Part shown: positions 27,227-35,206 of the stretch, piece after piece
Position numbering within the stretch: the first letter of the stretch is position 1
Layout of the letters: every line of letters begins with the position of its first letter
Source: Bigelowiella natans CCMP2755
Taxonomy: Eukaryota > Protista > Cercozoa
Direction of reading: 5' to 3'
Assembly (NCBI GenBank): GCA_000320545.1
Contig: ADNK01001819.1
Span: forward strand, 1 to 35,206
DNA: 35,206 bases
Notes under the pieces: model-generated
Database searches by the model: none
Seen by the model: the letters and a program-made list of their open reading frames with translations, nothing else
What the model was told of the DNA's origin: nothing
Translations under genes and position numbers: made by a program

Positions 27227-28504
27227 GCGTCGAAAATGTTCTATAATAAAGTCATGATCAACTTTCAGTACGTCTCAGCGTTTCCGATAGTTTAGAGTCT
27301 CCTTTGGAGTAATATCTCTGTCAGGCAGCGCAAAAAATGATATTTTTCCTTACCCTAAGGTGAACCGTTAAGATGTGTAGGACAGAGGTTTTCTTCGTCA
27401 ATTCAGCGCAGATTATGCCTCTACTCCTTGCAAGAAATTTTAATATTCCATAGCGAATGAATGCATTTCCTTTAATAAATATCGTCGTTCAGTTTGTTGC
27501 TACGTATATATAATTTTTTAGCAGTATGCTCTCCAGGTGCTTTGTTACTATACTATGGTAGTTTCCTAGTATTGGTTATAAGTGCTATCGGGCGGATGAA
27601 GTACACTACATAACTTATCTAGCTTTATCAGCAAATATATGCACCTCTATTTTGAGCACTGGCTACTATTCGAGATGGGGCGCGCAGCATATACTTACAG
27701 CTGTGCGCACGCTTCAAAAATGTGTGGTGGACTAGTGGATGCTGTGCCCACGAGGCATGTACAAAATGAGCCTACTAGCCTAGTCCGACGCATGTGTGCG
27801 ATTATGCAGGGCGCGTAGAGATCGACATATTTGCTAGTTATCTTGCAGCACTAGACGCATAACTACTGAACGCTATGTGTGCTTACATATGGATTGATGA
27901 AGGGTATGTGCACTCCACGTTAGAATGCTACATTTCATATACATTTGTACGCGTTACGTTGATCACGCATTTGCCAATTCAAGGGCCAAGAATGATTAAG
28001 GTTAGGTGTAGACATAGCTGCCAAATAATTGCTAATTAGATTTAACTGATTGTGGCCGCCAGTGCTACGTATGTAGGCAGATGGATCGCCGACGCGACTG
28101 TGCGCGACTATGTGCGAGTTGTAGCTAATCATGCGCAAATGTAATAGCTGCATGAATCCGCAAATCCTCATCACAACATCGTAGCTGCTGCATGACGTCG
28201 GTTGGAGACTATATGCATAGGTCTAGAGGTGTACGGTGATATAAAGGCGATGTACCACTTACAATCCTTAAGACAGGCTTATTTATCACGCTGACCATCT
28301 TCAAGCGTCACATTCGCAGAATGACCTAGCTTTCGGGAGCTTAAATGCTTTGCTGGGTATATGATTGATCGTCTATTCTATTGCAACCTCATGCCTCTGC
28401 AACAAACAAGTAAGCAGGGAAGCCCATTATTGCAATCGCATTTCGAAGCAATCAGTACAATGGTAGCACGTAAACAACGAGCGGCTTCACGCCGGCTGCA
28501 AGGT

Positions 28505-28825
28505 TCAACGTTTCTTCTTTCTTTTTCGCTTTCCTGCTAATTCCTTCTTCTCGGAGCCATTTCTTTCTTTCTTCTTCCCATTCTCTGACGCTGATACTGC
28601 ATGCCGAACACCCCGCGCTGTGTTCTTCCCGTACTGCTCGAAAGTCTTGCGCCGTTTATCTCTCCCTTTCTTCCGCGGCTCATACTTTTCCAACCCGGCA
28701 TCTCGAGCAAGCAAACGATTTTCTCTGCTCCTCGATGAGCCGCTGACCAGATACCAGATGCTGCTATGCAACGTTGCAACCAACACGACTAGGACTACCA
28801 AGAATGATGTCACTGCACGGGCCAT
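28505..28825 (-). CDS. Small hypothetical protein (about 106 aa): signal peptide/anchor followed by a Lys/Arg-rich tail
   Basis: MARAVTSFLVVLVVLVATLHSSIWYLV...RKKGRDKRRK...KRKRKKKR, with the ATG preceded by an A run. There may be a final intron (donor at 28509, pyrimidine-rich acceptor ending at 28397) giving ...KKKQA* at 28389. No recognisable domain. Confidence 0.5.
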   Translation of the reverse strand: MARAVTSFLVVLVVLVATLHSSIWYLVSGSSRSRENRLLARDAGLEKYEPRKKGRDKRRKTFEQYGKNTARGVRHAVSASENGKKKERNGSEKKELAGKRKRKKKR

Positions 28826-28928
28826 TTTTTTGAATTGGGTGGCTTTGCTTTCGCGTGCAATCCAGACGATCCTGCGTTAACCAATAAGGATGACCTCAAT
28901 GCACGAACTCCCCACAGCGATACTGCTG

Positions 28929-28959
<31 letters not shown>

Positions 28960-28963
28960 CACT

Positions 28964-28964
<1 letters not shown>

Positions 28965-29013
<49 letters not shown>
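28965..29013. repeat. (CAT)n microsatellite, representative of dozens of intronic/UTR di- and trinucleotide tracts in 12-35 kb
   Basis: Directly visible. Others include (TA)n 13554-13590, (CT)n 14405-14438, (GAT)n 21312-21345, (TAT)n/(TAG)n 22172-22236 and (CCT)n 29918-29954. Confidence 0.95.
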
Positions 29014-29015
<2 letters not shown>

Positions 29016-29551
29016 GTCATCATCGTCATGTCATGTCATCGGTGCGATGCTGTCGCTACGTCTACCAGGAACTGCTGCTGCTTGCTACTACCACTACTAC
29101 TAACCTACTTCTTCTTCAAATGCTTTACTGCTGGAGCTTCTCATCATTACCATCATCATCGTAATCATGATCATCATGATCCGATCATCCATCCAAGCGT
29201 AGGCGTAGTAGTAGAAGAATAAGAAGAAGCAAGCCTTGTGGCCCCTATCTCTTCCGGTCTGGTAGATGATGAGATCTGCTCTAAGCCGTACTTAACGCGT
29301 CAAAATAGCACATGATGTCTACGTTATAGATAAGCGACAACATATATTGGCTGTTAAGTTACATAGACGCATAGGACTTGAGGATAATTGAATTTTGAAA
29401 AGTATGCTGGATTTGCATTATATTCTGAGCCGACCCAGCGTCGTCTAGTAACAGCCCTGGCTACCACCCTTCAGGAAACACCACACTACCTACCAGCAGG
29501 CATACACATCCATTGCTCCGATTATTTTGGCACTCATAATAAAACCACCTC

Positions 29552-35034
<5,483 letters not shown>

Positions 35035-35206
35035 GTATGATGAGCTACTACTGAATGGCATTTAATTAGGAATCTAGTAGTGGTCTTGTACGTAGCAGTA
35101 AATAAGTGCAGTAATAAGATGTCAGTCTTATAAAGCGATGATAGCACAATGCTGCTCCATCCATCCAGTTTGGGGGGGGGGGGTGGGGGGGGTACTTACT
35201 AACGAG

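Overview
Eukaryotic nuclear DNA from an intron- and microsatellite-rich protist. The 18S sequence looks rhizarian/cercozoan, and a chlorarachniophyte-like host nucleus is my inference, not a database result. From left to right: (1) about 0.9 kb of decayed, apparently intronless coding-like DNA that is almost devoid of TpA; (2) one complete rDNA unit on the minus strand (18S-ITS1-5.8S-ITS2-28S), with no neighbouring repeat unit visible; (3) a 7-exon UBE2J/Ubc6 gene (+); (4) a 17-exon gene (-) for a protein with 11 C2H2 fingers and a signal-peptide plus transit-peptide-like leader; (5) a 14-exon MED23 gene (+), about 2556 aa and bloated by low-complexity inserts; (6) a small basic ORF with a signal peptide (-); (7) the 5' part of an N-myristoylated, multi-cNMP-binding PKG/PKA-R-like gene (+) that probably continues past the window. 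Transcription units alternate strand perfectly. All gene models were spliced by hand from GT/GC-AG sites and frame continuity. The best leads are the TpA-purged element (a possible reverse-RIP hypermutation system), the possibly endosymbiont-targeted poly-zinc-finger protein, and the solo rDNA unit.
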